From an uncultured virus (IMG/VR IMGVR_UViG_3300031519_004497) (Duplodnaviria; Heunggongvirae; Uroviricota; Caudoviricetes), in IMG/VR virus record IMGVR_UViG_3300031519_004497: a stretch of 64,000 bases of DNA. One strand, written 5' to 3'. Of this stretch, positions 34,918 to 45,019 are shown piece after piece. A program made the translations under genes and the position numbers. The notes beneath the pieces were generated by a model. That model worked only from the letters and a program-made list of their open reading frames with translations. It did not search any database and was not told the origin of the DNA. Within the stretch, counting starts at the first letter, position 1; each line of letters opens with the position of its first letter.

Positions 34918-36680
34918 TAAATTATGATAGAGATAATTATCTATCGGAGTTCAGTCATAAAACTTTACAAGACAGGTACTTAATAGAGGGCGAAACTTCT
35001 CCTCAAGATGCGTTTGCAAGAGCTGCTAAAGCTTTTTCAGATGATGATGCTCATGCACAGAGGCTATACGATTATGCTAGTAAACTTTGGTTCATGTTTT
35101 CTACTCCTATACTTTCTAATGGTGGGACATCCCGTGGGCTGCCTATTAGTTGCTTTCTTAATTATGTTGAGGACAGCAGACAAGGACTTACCGGGCATTA
35201 CACTGAGAATGCCTTCTTATCTAGTGTGGGTGGTGGCGTTGGGGGCTCTTGGAGCGCTGTACGCTCAGTAGGGTCTACAACCTCTAATGGATCAGAAAGT
35301 ACTGGTGTTATACCATTCATGAAAGTCGTGGACGCTGAGATGTTAGCGTTCTCTCAAGGAGTCACAAGACGAGGTAGTTATGCAGCATATTTGGACATAT
35401 CACATCCAGAAGTTGAAGAGTTTCTGGATGTTCGCAAGCCTACAGGCGGCGATGTTAACCGAAAATCAGTTAATTTACATCATGGTGTCCTTATTGATGA
35501 TAGATTCATGGATATCATAGAGCAGGCTACGCGAGTAGAAGGCTTTGATGACTCTTGGGACTTGATTGACCCACATAGTAAGAAAGTTATTAAGACTGTG
35601 TCTGCTAAAACTCTATGGGTGAAGCTCATACAGAACCGAGTTGAGACAGGCGAACCGTACATTATGTTTAAAGACACTGTACAAGCTGCGTTACCTCAGT
35701 TCCAGAAAGACTTAGGGCTGCAGGTAAATCACTCTAACTTATGCTCTGAGATTACGCTTGCAACAAACGCGAATCGTACAGCAGTATGTTGTCTATCTAG
35801 TGTAAACTTGGAAGAGTATGATGAGTGGAAAGATAATCCACAGTTTATAAATGATCTAGTAAGAATGCTAGATAATGTGATAACTCATTTTTGCGAGGCT
35901 GCTCCTGCACAGCTATATAGAGCAGTAGCAAGTGCAAAAGCAGAAAGAAGTATAGGTCTGGGGGCTATGGGCTTTCATGCTTATTTACAACGCCACAACA
36001 TTCCTTTTGAGAGTGCGATGGCAAAAAGCAGGAACAATAAAATGTTCGGCTTTATAAAAGGAGAGGCTGAAAATGCTACAAGAGAACTGGCTGTGGAACG
36101 TGGCCCGTGCCCTGATGGGGCTAGTGCTGGGGTTCGGAATGCTCATTTGTTGGCTGTGGCTCCTAATGCTAGCAGCAGTATTATCTGTGGTAATACTTCT
36201 CCCAGTATTGAGCCTTACAGGGCTAACGCATTTACTCAAAAAACTAAATCTGGATCTTCCTTACTGAAGAACGAGTACTTAGAACATGCTCTACAAGAGA
36301 TAGGGCAGGACACGGATGACGTTTGGAAAAGTATTATTACGAACGGAGGCTCAGTACAACACTTAGAGTTTCTCGACGACTATACAAAGGACGTATTCAA
36401 GACTGCTGTAGAGATAGACCAACGTTGGGTTATCGAGATGGCAGCGGATAGACAGGAGAAGATATGCCAGAGCCAGTCTCTAAATATATTCTTTCCGTCT
36501 AATGTATCAAAACAAGAACTCCACGCTATACATATGATGGCATGGAAAAAGAAAGTAAAAACTTTATACTATCTAAGAAGTGAGGCATCAAAGCGCGCAG
36601 AGACGGTTTCCGATGAAGCGCTACGTCAGTACATATTTGACAGTATAGACGACGAAGGCTGTTTAGCTTGTGAAGGGTAA
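34911..36680 (+). CDS. nrdA: Ribonucleotide reductase class I alpha subunit (no ATP cone apparent)
   Basis: PISCF, SNLCSEI, APNASSS, TLYYLR, C-terminal CLACEG. Confidence 0.95.
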   Translation: MLINYDRDNYLSEFSHKTLQDRYLIEGETSPQDAFARAAKAFSDDDAHAQRLYDYASKLWFMFSTPILSNGGTSRGLPISCFLNYVEDSRQGLTGHYTENAFLSSVGGGVGGSWSAVRSVGSTTSNGSESTGVIPFMKVVDAEMLAFSQGVTRRGSYAAYLDISHPEVEEFLDVRKPTGGDVNRKSVNLHHGVLIDDRFMDIIEQATRVEGFDDSWDLIDPHSKKVIKTVSAKTLWVKLIQNRVETGEPYIMFKDTVQAALPQFQKDLGLQVNHSNLCSEITLATNANRTAVCCLSSVNLEEYDEWKDNPQFINDLVRMLDNVITHFCEAAPAQLYRAVASAKAERSIGLGAMGFHAYLQRHNIPFESAMAKSRNNKMFGFIKGEAENATRELAVERGPCPDGASAGVRNAHLLAVAPNASSSIICGNTSPSIEPYRANAFTQKTKSGSSLLKNEYLEHALQEIGQDTDDVWKSIITNGGSVQHLEFLDDYTKDVFKTAVEIDQRWVIEMAADRQEKICQSQSLNIFFPSNVSKQELHAIHMMAWKKKVKTLYYLRSEASKRAETVSDEALRQYIFDSIDDEGCLACEG

Positions 36681-36834
36681 AGTCTGGTTAATTTGGAAGT
36701 ATACTATTGGCAGTTTCAGTGATGATAAGACACTAGAGTATGACAATATTATTGCAGGTATTAGAAGTATAATAGTAATAATAAATGTTGTAACCTGTTT
36801 GTTTATCACATCAAACATAGTACATAATTGGTGA
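36670..36834 (+). CDS. Small membrane protein (54 aa)
   Basis: MKGKVWLIWKYTIGSFSDDKT...NIVHNW fills the nrdA-nrdB gap. Confidence 0.6.
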   Translation: MKGKVWLIWKYTIGSFSDDKTLEYDNIIAGIRSIIVIINVVTCLFITSNIVHNW

Positions 36835-36837
36835 AAA

Positions 36838-37800
36838 ATGAGTGATTTATTAGTAGAAAGAGAGTATTATAAGCCTTTCAATTACCCTTGGGCATTTGAG
36901 TATTATAAGCAACAGCAACACATGCACTGGTTACCTGATGAAGTTAACCTTGCAGACGATCTGCGTGACTATAGAGAAAAAATGACTGAAGGTAACAAAA
37001 GGTTACTAGGACAGATTTTTAGGTTTTTTACACAGGCTGATGTAGATGTATGCTGTGGATATGCAAAGCACTATCTACCTACATTTAAGCAGCCTGAAGT
37101 AAGAATGATGCTATCCGCTTTTGCAGCAATGGAAGCAGTGCATCAAGAAGCGTATTCGTTGTTGCTGGAGACCCTAGGTTTCCGCGATGATGAATACCAG
37201 AAGTTTTTCGAACATAAAGAAATGTTGGATAAACATGAGTACTTGGGAAATTTTGGTATGGAAACTCCGATGGATATCGCTAAGACACTGGCTATCTATT
37301 CAGGGTTTACCGAGGGAGTTCAGCTATTTAGTAGTTTTGCTATCTTGTTGAACTTTCCGAGACATAACCTTATGAAAGGTATGGGTCAAATCGTCACATG
37401 GTCTGTACGAGATGAAACTTTGCATGTTGAAGGAATGTCACATCTGTTCCGAGCATTTGTAAAGGAGAACCCTGACATATGGAATGATGATCTAAAGTAT
37501 GAAATCTATTGTGCAGCAGAACGCACAGTGGAACTAGAAGATGCTTTTATTGATTTGTGTTTTGAAGGTGCGGAAGTACCCAATCTAACACCTGATGAGA
37601 TAAAAGGCTATATTCGTTATATTGCAGATCGCAGACTATTAGGACTGGGACTAAAGAAAATATTTAAGAGTACAGAGAACCCGCTAGGCTGGTTGGATTA
37701 CATGCTCAACGGGGTTGAACACACTAACTTCTTCGAGAATAGGTCTACAGAATATTCAAGAGCAAGTACAACTGGTAACTGGCAGGACATTTTTAAATGA
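36838..37800 (+). CDS. nrdB: Ribonucleotide reductase class I beta subunit
   Basis: FFTQAD, EAVHQEAY, EG..LFSSF, RDETLH, NFFE. Confidence 0.95.
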   Translation: MSDLLVEREYYKPFNYPWAFEYYKQQQHMHWLPDEVNLADDLRDYREKMTEGNKRLLGQIFRFFTQADVDVCCGYAKHYLPTFKQPEVRMMLSAFAAMEAVHQEAYSLLLETLGFRDDEYQKFFEHKEMLDKHEYLGNFGMETPMDIAKTLAIYSGFTEGVQLFSSFAILLNFPRHNLMKGMGQIVTWSVRDETLHVEGMSHLFRAFVKENPDIWNDDLKYEIYCAAERTVELEDAFIDLCFEGAEVPNLTPDEIKGYIRYIADRRLLGLGLKKIFKSTENPLGWLDYMLNGVEHTNFFENRSTEYSRASTTGNWQDIFK

Positions 37801-37964
37801 ATGAAAAAATAAATTTGCAACTAACTATAGAAGAGATAAATGCGGTCATATCAGGTTTAGCAGAACTTCCAGCTAAAGTAAGTATGAACCTTATAACTTC
37901 TATACAAAACCAAGCGGCTGCACAAATGCAGCCTACCGTAGGAGAAGCACCACTTGAAGATTAA
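37797..37964 (+). CDS. Small hypothetical protein (55 aa)
   Basis: MNEKINLQLTIEEINAVISGLAELP...; overlaps both the nrdB stop and the TBDR start. Confidence 0.6.
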   Translation: MNEKINLQLTIEEINAVISGLAELPAKVSMNLITSIQNQAAAQMQPTVGEAPLED

Positions 37965-40398
37965 GATAGTAACGTGTCTACTTGCCATTCTTATACTAGG
38001 AATGAGCGCACGATCGGCAGCAATGGAAGAAATAGTAGTACTAGGAGACCTAGGTAGCTTGCCAGGGGAGAGTGTAAAGTCAGTATTTGGCTTTAACAAA
38101 TCCCTATTAGAGACTCCCCGTTCTGCTTCCACTATCTCGGAAGAGATGATGGAAAGGTTTAACATGCATGATATTGATGAGTTAATTGCCTTAGCACCGG
38201 GTAGTTTTACGCAGTCTTTTTTCGGAGTAGCAGGAGGTCTTGATGTTAGAGGGACTCCTGGAGAAACTTACTTTAGGGGTGTGAGACGTCTTGACAACCC
38301 AGGTAACTATCCAACTCCTATAGGTGCGTCCGATAGAGTTGACATAGTAAGAGGTCCAGCATCTCCTATCTATGGCCCCTCTAAGATCGGAGGTTATCTA
38401 AACTTTAACCCTAAGTCTGCACGAATTGAAGAAACTGGTCAGTTCATAACGGAGACAGAGGGTGCTATATCCTACACAACTGGAAGCTGGGGCAAGAGTA
38501 CGCTAACAGCAGAAGTTGGAGGTCCGGCCACTGTTTTTGGTAAAGACCTAGGATACTATGTGTATACTGAGCTAGAAGACTCTGATAGTTATTATGATAA
38601 CTCAGGAGTGGAGCAAAATCTTTTCCAGACTTCTTTCGATATGGATATCACGGATAATGTTAGAATACAGTTCGGGGGAATGTATCATGACTATTCGGGT
38701 AATCAGATAGCAGGTTGGAATAGAGTTACACAGGATTTGATTGATGATGGAACATACATCACGGGGTCTCCCGCCTCGCTAGATGTTAATGGGGATGGTA
38801 GAGTATCTCATCAAGAGTACGATACCGATGGAGATGGGTTCACTAACTACAATCCTTTTAGGTTTGATTTCTTAAGTGGTGCTTCAGGAGGTGCCCTTAC
38901 AGCGGGGTCGAACGAGACCTTAGCAGACTTAGAAGTATTTGTAGGCGACCTATCATATATGGCACTCATAAATCCAGGGCTTACTAAGCTGGATGGAAGT
39001 AATGTTCTAGTAGACCCAGAAGATGTCCTAGAGAATCAAGTAACTACGTTGTACTTTGACGTAATTATTGCACTCGGGAGTGACTGGGAGCTGAAGAACC
39101 AACTGTTCTTTGAAGAATACGATAACATTAATGAAAATGCTTATGGTTTCTCACAATTTCATAAGAGTTGGGTAGTAGAGGATAAAATCATACTATCTAA
39201 GACATATGACTTTGAGAGCATGTCTGCATCTTTTCAAATATCTCCATCTATACGTCACACTGATTTCGAACACGGTGATGACTATACAAATGAGTATTTT
39301 GGAAGACGCGATCTAAGCCAGCCTCTTAACACTTCAGTTGCAAAACGATTGTTATCCACCAAAATTGATACTGATTACACAGAGTATTACATTGGTGAGT
39401 ATACAAACTTAGGATTTGCCGTAATGACAGATTTGGTTTGGAACAATGGTTTAGGCATTCTCGCAGGTGTACGGTATGATACAATTGATATGGAAAGCAG
39501 CCAGCCAGAGGGACAGCTTCTCTTTGCTAGTTCTAATAACTTCTGCCCAGTTGCAGGTTGTGCGGACTTAGATGCCGAAGATACAGTTGATGGAATATCG
39601 TGGACTGCTAGTATTAGTTATGATTCTCCAATAGGGCTAATTCCTTACATTACGGCCTCTACACAGTCAACTATGATTGTTGGGCAGGGTGCAGAAGTCA
39701 CCGTTAAAAATATTCTGAAAGGAAGAGCTTTTGACGAGTCAGAACTGCTGGAAGTAGGAATAAAAGGAAGCTTTCTCGATGATAGCCTCTACTTTGCTAT
39801 TTCTAACTACAGGCAGGAACGTACTGATTTTTCCGCACAAGCAATTGTAACGAATCAAGCCACAGAGACTAAGGGTACAGAAGTAGAAGTACGCTGGGTT
39901 GCTACTGAGAAGCTACTGCTAACGCTAGGCTACTCAAATATCAAAGTAGTAAACATAAATACTTTGGATGATGGGTACCGTTACAGTTTCATTGGGTGTG
40001 AAGACTTACCGAATATTCCATGTAGTGCGCTATTAGGCGGACAACTTGGTGGTAATGTCTCTGTAGGAGATAGCGGAGCCAGAAGAGCTGGTATGCCAGA
40101 GAACATAATCTCAGCTACTGGTACTTATGACTTCGGTAATGGGTGGACTGTAAACGGTAGTATTATCGACGTAGAGAGTACTTTCTCTGGGTTCTCTAAT
40201 AGTATCGAACTACCTGCTTACACCTTGGTAAATCTAGGCTTTTCCTATGCTAGGAATGACTGGATGCTTAGCGTAAGTGGAAAGAACCTGACGGACGAGA
40301 AATACTTCCGAGCAAACTTTCCAAACTTATTCGGAAGTACAATCGTACTGCCCGAGTTACCACGAAACTATACTGCTAGAGTACAGTATACTTTCTAA
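37954..40398 (+). CDS. TonB-dependent outer-membrane receptor
   Basis: Signal peptide, TonB box EEIVVLG, plug motifs ETPRSASTIS and RVDIVRGPASPIYG, barrel end KNLTDEKY...PRNYTARVQYTF with terminal Phe. Confidence 0.95.
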   Translation: MKIKIVTCLLAILILGMSARSAAMEEIVVLGDLGSLPGESVKSVFGFNKSLLETPRSASTISEEMMERFNMHDIDELIALAPGSFTQSFFGVAGGLDVRGTPGETYFRGVRRLDNPGNYPTPIGASDRVDIVRGPASPIYGPSKIGGYLNFNPKSARIEETGQFITETEGAISYTTGSWGKSTLTAEVGGPATVFGKDLGYYVYTELEDSDSYYDNSGVEQNLFQTSFDMDITDNVRIQFGGMYHDYSGNQIAGWNRVTQDLIDDGTYITGSPASLDVNGDGRVSHQEYDTDGDGFTNYNPFRFDFLSGASGGALTAGSNETLADLEVFVGDLSYMALINPGLTKLDGSNVLVDPEDVLENQVTTLYFDVIIALGSDWELKNQLFFEEYDNINENAYGFSQFHKSWVVEDKIILSKTYDFESMSASFQISPSIRHTDFEHGDDYTNEYFGRRDLSQPLNTSVAKRLLSTKIDTDYTEYYIGEYTNLGFAVMTDLVWNNGLGILAGVRYDTIDMESSQPEGQLLFASSNNFCPVAGCADLDAEDTVDGISWTASISYDSPIGLIPYITASTQSTMIVGQGAEVTVKNILKGRAFDESELLEVGIKGSFLDDSLYFAISNYRQERTDFSAQAIVTNQATETKGTEVEVRWVATEKLLLTLGYSNIKVVNINTLDDGYRYSFIGCEDLPNIPCSALLGGQLGGNVSVGDSGARRAGMPENIISATGTYDFGNGWTVNGSIIDVESTFSGFSNSIELPAYTLVNLGFSYARNDWMLSVSGKNLTDEKYFRANFPNLFGSTIVLPELPRNYTARVQYTF

Positions 40399-40399
40399 G

Positions 40400-40696
40400 C
40401 TACCATTTGACCTTGTCCGCCCAGTACGCGGCGGACATTTTACCTCTTGCAATATTCTTTGCATGCCGCGCTTTAAAACTATTTCTCTTAGCCTTCATAG
40501 CAGCAGACTCTCCCGCCTTGGGTTTACCTGCGGTTTTAGCACCTTGCTCTCCAAAACGAATAGTCTTGATCTTACTTCCAACTTTTGCTACAACTATATG
40601 TGACTTTTTCTTGTGACTAGGAGTACGCTTAGGTTTATTAAACCCTTTCACACCTGCACGTTTCAGCCTAGAACTCCCTTTCTTCTTAACAGCCAT
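40400..40696 (-). CDS. Highly basic conserved phage protein
   Basis: MAVKKKG...KTIRFG...SFKARH...SAAYWADKVKW; GAGGA RBS. Confidence 0.7.
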   Translation of the reverse strand: MAVKKKGSSRLKRAGVKGFNKPKRTPSHKKKSHIVVAKVGSKIKTIRFGEQGAKTAGKPKAGESAAMKAKRNSFKARHAKNIARGKMSAAYWADKVKW

Positions 40697-40766
40697 TGGA
40701 TTCCTCACACTGACACGGGTCACATTTGCATATATAGCATGCACAGCTCTCTTCTTGATCTTCCAT
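40686..40766 (-). CDS. Cys-rich metallothionein-like peptide (26 aa)
   Basis: MEDQEESCACYICKCDPCQCEESNGC; TAATG-coupled to the upstream gene. Confidence 0.5.
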   Translation of the reverse strand: MEDQEESCACYICKCDPCQCEESNGC

Positions 40767-41347
40767 TATATTGCCTCCCCCGGCCAGTTCTGAGCGCCCA
40801 TAACAACTGCTAGAGCATCAATATCTGCCGCACCTGTGATAGCTGCTTTAAGCCTATCATATTCTGTTATTACTGCCGCACGATAAGTTACAGTTGCAGC
40901 AGGTATCTCTACGCTTCTTTCTGCTTTGCGTATAACCATCCAATCTGTATTCGCAAGTGCGCTATTAGCCTGACTCTTGATTCGATTTTTAAAGGTATAC
41001 TTGAGACCCCGAGTTATTAGCTTCTCGCTAGTGTCTGAACCTATGCCATCACTATCATATTCTTGCACATACAACTGGTTGCCATCTGAGTCTACAGCGT
41101 CTACGTCTTCAATAGCCCTAGCAGTGTTAGTATATTGCTGTGTAGGAACACCGTCTACTAAGACGACATCCCCTTGATTGACATAGTAGTAAAGTCGGTC
41201 TTTTCTCTCCGCTTCTACTACATCTTGTATATTATTTTCCGTCAGAAATTGTGAATTAGGCATTCCTGAAAAGGATACGTTTGGGAACATTTTCTGAACT
41301 GAAAAGCCGGTTCTTACTATTGCTCCATCTTGTACTTGTGCGAACAT
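40766..41347 (-). CDS. Tail fibre assembly/chaperone-like protein
   Basis: LANTDWMVIR...TYRAAV...WP C-terminus; follows a fibre gene. Confidence 0.65.
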   Translation of the reverse strand: MFAQVQDGAIVRTGFSVQKMFPNVSFSGMPNSQFLTENNIQDVVEAERKDRLYYYVNQGDVVLVDGVPTQQYTNTARAIEDVDAVDSDGNQLYVQEYDSDGIGSDTSEKLITRGLKYTFKNRIKSQANSALANTDWMVIRKAERSVEIPAATVTYRAAVITEYDRLKAAITGAADIDALAVVMGAQNWPGEAI

Positions 41348-41359
41348 TTATTTCTCCTA

Positions 41360-44128
41360 TTATCTTGCGTTTGCGTATTTGAAGGGTGACTCTGCGAAAG
41401 CCATGTAGACGTAGGCTCCAAAGCCAGTAGCATCAGTATTATTTAAATGGTTATATGAGCCTCTTATCTTAAACCCGTTTGACAAAAAATCGCAGCTAAC
41501 AAGGGTATATTCAGCGTTAGTTCCCTGTGGCTGTAAAAATTCATCCACCACATTGTCAGGACTTATTTTGCTATCGTATAATGTCCAAGCATAACCCTGA
41601 TGAGGTCTATATTGGGCAGCCACATCATTATACCTCTTGATCAGTACCCAAGCAGGCTTGAAACCTAAATTAACAAATGGCCCATTTGTAGATCCATTGC
41701 CTTGGTAAGTGCCAATTTTGCTGAAGCCGGGTTTTGAGGCGAAGCAGTAAGCAACTACAGGCTGAGAAGTAGTATGGGCATTATTGCTAATCATTGTTGA
41801 TGTAGCTATTTCTCCGTTTAAAAGGTAATCGGTGTTAATGCTGCTTGCATGGAGAGTAGATTGAAGAAGCAACCGCATGTTACCACTAACGATGCTAGAA
41901 TGAATCCAATTTTCCCAGCTACTGCCTACTCTTGACTTGTACCACACAAAATCTGGAACAACGCCTAAACCATGAGGAACTGTGGCATTGCGATTTGGTG
42001 CTCCTGTCCCTGTCCCTGTCCAAGTAACAATACTAAAACCAGCCGCTTGATTAGCAGATACCGTACTTTTTATATCACCATCAAAATAACTTGAGCCATG
42101 GGTACTATTTGTATTTATCTGCCCTCCCATCCCGGAGTGAACAGTACAGTAGTAATAAAGAGTTGCGGCAGAGGCTGCAACAGTAATTTTTGTATATGCT
42201 CCAGGGCTTCCAGGGCTTCCATAAGTTGTTACGCCTGTAGTATACTCCGAGCCTCCACCATGGCTTCCGTTGGAAGTAGTGGAAAATCTAAGAGGATGCC
42301 CGCTATTAGAAGAGTCGGATTGGTCAAAAGTATAAGTTCCTCCCTCTTGTAAATCAACAGTTTGTGCACTCGCGGCAAAATCATCAAATCTGTATTTGTT
42401 TCCGCTATCACTTACAACTTTAACAACATAAGTTTTTGCAGGTGTAGCACCTCCCGCTTTCCAGTTCCAAGCTGCATAAGTATGGCTGTTTCTATTTACA
42501 AAATAAGTATTATCGGAGTTATCGCCTAACGTAAACCCGTTGGACACAAAACTCGTTAGTTGTGTCGTTTCGCTTGCTGCTTCCGCAACGGCGGCGTTAG
42601 ACGCTAGAACCTTAGCGGAGCCGTTTGTTGCTGTATTAAAACCTCTCACTGCATCAGCTAAGTAATGGTATCCAGTGGTATTTCTTGTTTTTATCCATGT
42701 AAAATCAGGCTGCATACCGACGTCAATTGTTTTAGCTGTTTGGTTACCCGCATACAACACCGTATTAAAATGCTCGCTCGGGGTAATAGCGGGGTCTGGG
42801 AGGTTGGCGGTTGATAAGGCTACATAACCTGATGGTGGTGTATAGGCAAACGCTTTTTGCCCAAAGTTAGCCTCTGCTGTTACACCTGCTGAATTACCAG
42901 AATCACCGGCAGCAAACGTAACATTTGTTAAATCCGCACTTGTTGCGGTGTACTGAAGACTATTATTCTTGTACCACTTAACTGTTGAATTGTCATAGTC
43001 TATTGCAACTGCAATAAGATCATTAGTTGTAAATGTTGCAGGAGCAGAACTAAGGACGTTAGAGCCGTTATAATAAACGTTACCGTTGCTACCTTGGTAC
43101 GCCATGTTTTTAGTTGAACCGGAAGGTAGCCATGTGCTATTTGTTATTGCCGTTGCCGTTGAAACATCTCTAACGCCGTAGTTTCCATTATCTCCGCTTG
43201 TTGTTCCTTTAAACTCTGCGTAGTATTTACCGCTTGTAGGTAAAATTGTGGCAAGAGAAGTGCCGTATCCGCCAGTTGGCGTTACAATTTTTAAGTTCCC
43301 TTCGCTGAAGGTGTTACTTGCTGACCCTGTGTACAACGGATTCAACGTAGCAAAGTTATTCGTAGGCGAATCGGTTACAACGTCAGAGTTGGCGAGGTTA
43401 CTTGCAGTGTAGTTGTTGCCTTGGCCAGAACTATCAGTGCCTAAAGCACCACTTGCAAACTTTAAGTAAAAGCCGTTAGTGCCATAGCTGCCGCTGTATT
43501 TTTTGGGTATCCACTGTCCTGTGTCTTCGTTGGTTTCTCCGAAGGAGCTAGGAGTAAGCGCAGTGCCGTCAATGAGATGATACTCAGCCATGTACCCGTC
43601 CCAATACTTGGCACTTGCATAGCTAACAGACCCTACTGTTTGAGGGTAAGAAACTCTGTTTACAGGGAAATCAAAATTTTGACTTGGGTTATTTCTTACC
43701 GCAAAAGAAGTTTCTTCTACGCCATTAATGTAAATCCTAACTCTGTTATTTGCTGTACCAGATGTAGTATCTACTGCTACAACTACATGATACCAAGCAG
43801 AGTGGTCACGAAATACCCGATTAGTCCTCAACCAATTCTGATTCCAACCGCTAACTCTTAAATCACCGTTATAAAAAATTACAGAAAAAAAGCTATTGTC
43901 ATTATCTTGACCGTTAACATGCGCCCCAAAAAGATAATAACTGTAGTTTGAAACAGCCGCTTCTCCGATCTTAAACCATGCACTAATAGTAAAAGTCCTA
44001 CGGTTTCCTCCGCTAGACGGAGTTCTTTCTAGCTTTGAAGAGCTTGCTTTGTTAAAAATTAGCGACTGCTCTATCTCGTAAGCGCCCGAAGCACCACTGC
44101 CCATCATTATTTTACTTGCATTACTCAT
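41360..44128 (-). CDS. Large virion appendage/tail-fibre protein (LamG/ConA-like, SPRY-like and cupredoxin-like modules)
   Basis: TFTISAW...WYHVVVAVD (LamG), GKYYAEF/IAVAID (SPRY-like), YYYCTVHSGMG; start MSNASK is coupled to the upstream stop. Confidence 0.7.
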   Translation of the reverse strand: MSNASKIMMGSGASGAYEIEQSLIFNKASSSKLERTPSSGGNRRTFTISAWFKIGEAAVSNYSYYLFGAHVNGQDNDNSFFSVIFYNGDLRVSGWNQNWLRTNRVFRDHSAWYHVVVAVDTTSGTANNRVRIYINGVEETSFAVRNNPSQNFDFPVNRVSYPQTVGSVSYASAKYWDGYMAEYHLIDGTALTPSSFGETNEDTGQWIPKKYSGSYGTNGFYLKFASGALGTDSSGQGNNYTASNLANSDVVTDSPTNNFATLNPLYTGSASNTFSEGNLKIVTPTGGYGTSLATILPTSGKYYAEFKGTTSGDNGNYGVRDVSTATAITNSTWLPSGSTKNMAYQGSNGNVYYNGSNVLSSAPATFTTNDLIAVAIDYDNSTVKWYKNNSLQYTATSADLTNVTFAAGDSGNSAGVTAEANFGQKAFAYTPPSGYVALSTANLPDPAITPSEHFNTVLYAGNQTAKTIDVGMQPDFTWIKTRNTTGYHYLADAVRGFNTATNGSAKVLASNAAVAEAASETTQLTSFVSNGFTLGDNSDNTYFVNRNSHTYAAWNWKAGGATPAKTYVVKVVSDSGNKYRFDDFAASAQTVDLQEGGTYTFDQSDSSNSGHPLRFSTTSNGSHGGGSEYTTGVTTYGSPGSPGAYTKITVAASAATLYYYCTVHSGMGGQINTNSTHGSSYFDGDIKSTVSANQAAGFSIVTWTGTGTGAPNRNATVPHGLGVVPDFVWYKSRVGSSWENWIHSSIVSGNMRLLLQSTLHASSINTDYLLNGEIATSTMISNNAHTTSQPVVAYCFASKPGFSKIGTYQGNGSTNGPFVNLGFKPAWVLIKRYNDVAAQYRPHQGYAWTLYDSKISPDNVVDEFLQPQGTNAEYTLVSCDFLSNGFKIRGSYNHLNNTDATGFGAYVYMAFAESPFKYANAR

Positions 44129-45018
44129 TAGCTCAATACCTGCCCTGCTGTGAAGCCGTACCAAGTGGTACCAGCGTCTGAAGTGAAGAAAACAAATACA
44201 TCGACATTACCTGCCGCTGCAGAAAGTGTAGGTGCAGTAGCTGCTGCCCAGTCTACTCCAGAAGGCCATGCAATAGTTCTACCTGCTGTGCCGTCTTGAG
44301 TTACTTTTAGTACAAAGGAAGAAACCGCACCTGAGGCGGCGGGGTTAGTCCAGTTGAAAGTACCTATATTATGTGCTAAAGTGATTGTAAAAGTTGTCGC
44401 TAAATTCAGATCAAGAGCTACTGTAGTACCTGAAGTAAGTGCTGCAGATTTCTCCTGTGTCGCTGCGTCAAACTTAACAACACCAGTCGAAGCCGCTGTC
44501 ACAGCTTTCGACGCGGCAGTAGTACCTAATGTAGCTATATCTAAGTAGTTAAGCTCTGCGGCTGTAGCTGTGACTGTATCAAGAATATTAAGCTCTGCTG
44601 CAGTTGAAGTAACCGCCGCGAGTTTTGTAAAGTCTGCTTGAACTAAGCCAGAAACACCATCTAATAGATTGAGTTCTGCCGCAGTAGAAGTTACACTCAT
44701 AGCTGTCAGACTTGCTGCTGCTATACCCACAGGAGGCTGACTGAAAGTAACAACTTGATTTTCTGCTATAGATATGGCAGGGGTTGTTCCCACTGCCGAA
44801 CCTAAGCCTATTACCAAGTCGTCTGCCGAGTCATCAAGCCCTATATAGAAGTCTTGAGCGTTGCCATCAAATACTATTTTAGTATCTTCTGCACCCGCAT
44901 CTCCAATTGTGAGCGTAGGGGTAGTACCAGATAGAAGTAACCCATCTGCAACTAAAGTATCCCCTGCTTCTATTTCTCTTATTACTCCGCTTACTATAAG
45001 GGGGTATCTATTTGCCAT
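44128..45018 (-). CDS. Tail fibre/structural protein
   Basis: STAAELN repeats; C-terminal QDGTAGRTIAWP...APTLS..DVFVF domain. Confidence 0.65.
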   Translation of the reverse strand: MANRYPLIVSGVIREIEAGDTLVADGLLLSGTTPTLTIGDAGAEDTKIVFDGNAQDFYIGLDDSADDLVIGLGSAVGTTPAISIAENQVVTFSQPPVGIAAASLTAMSVTSTAAELNLLDGVSGLVQADFTKLAAVTSTAAELNILDTVTATAAELNYLDIATLGTTAASKAVTAASTGVVKFDAATQEKSAALTSGTTVALDLNLATTFTITLAHNIGTFNWTNPAASGAVSSFVLKVTQDGTAGRTIAWPSGVDWAAATAPTLSAAAGNVDVFVFFTSDAGTTWYGFTAGQVLS

Positions 45019-45019
45019 G

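Noticed and set aside
23282..37800. Introns or inteins in polA, helicases or nrdAB
   Set aside because: ORFs are continuous and of compact length, with no splicing motifs seen
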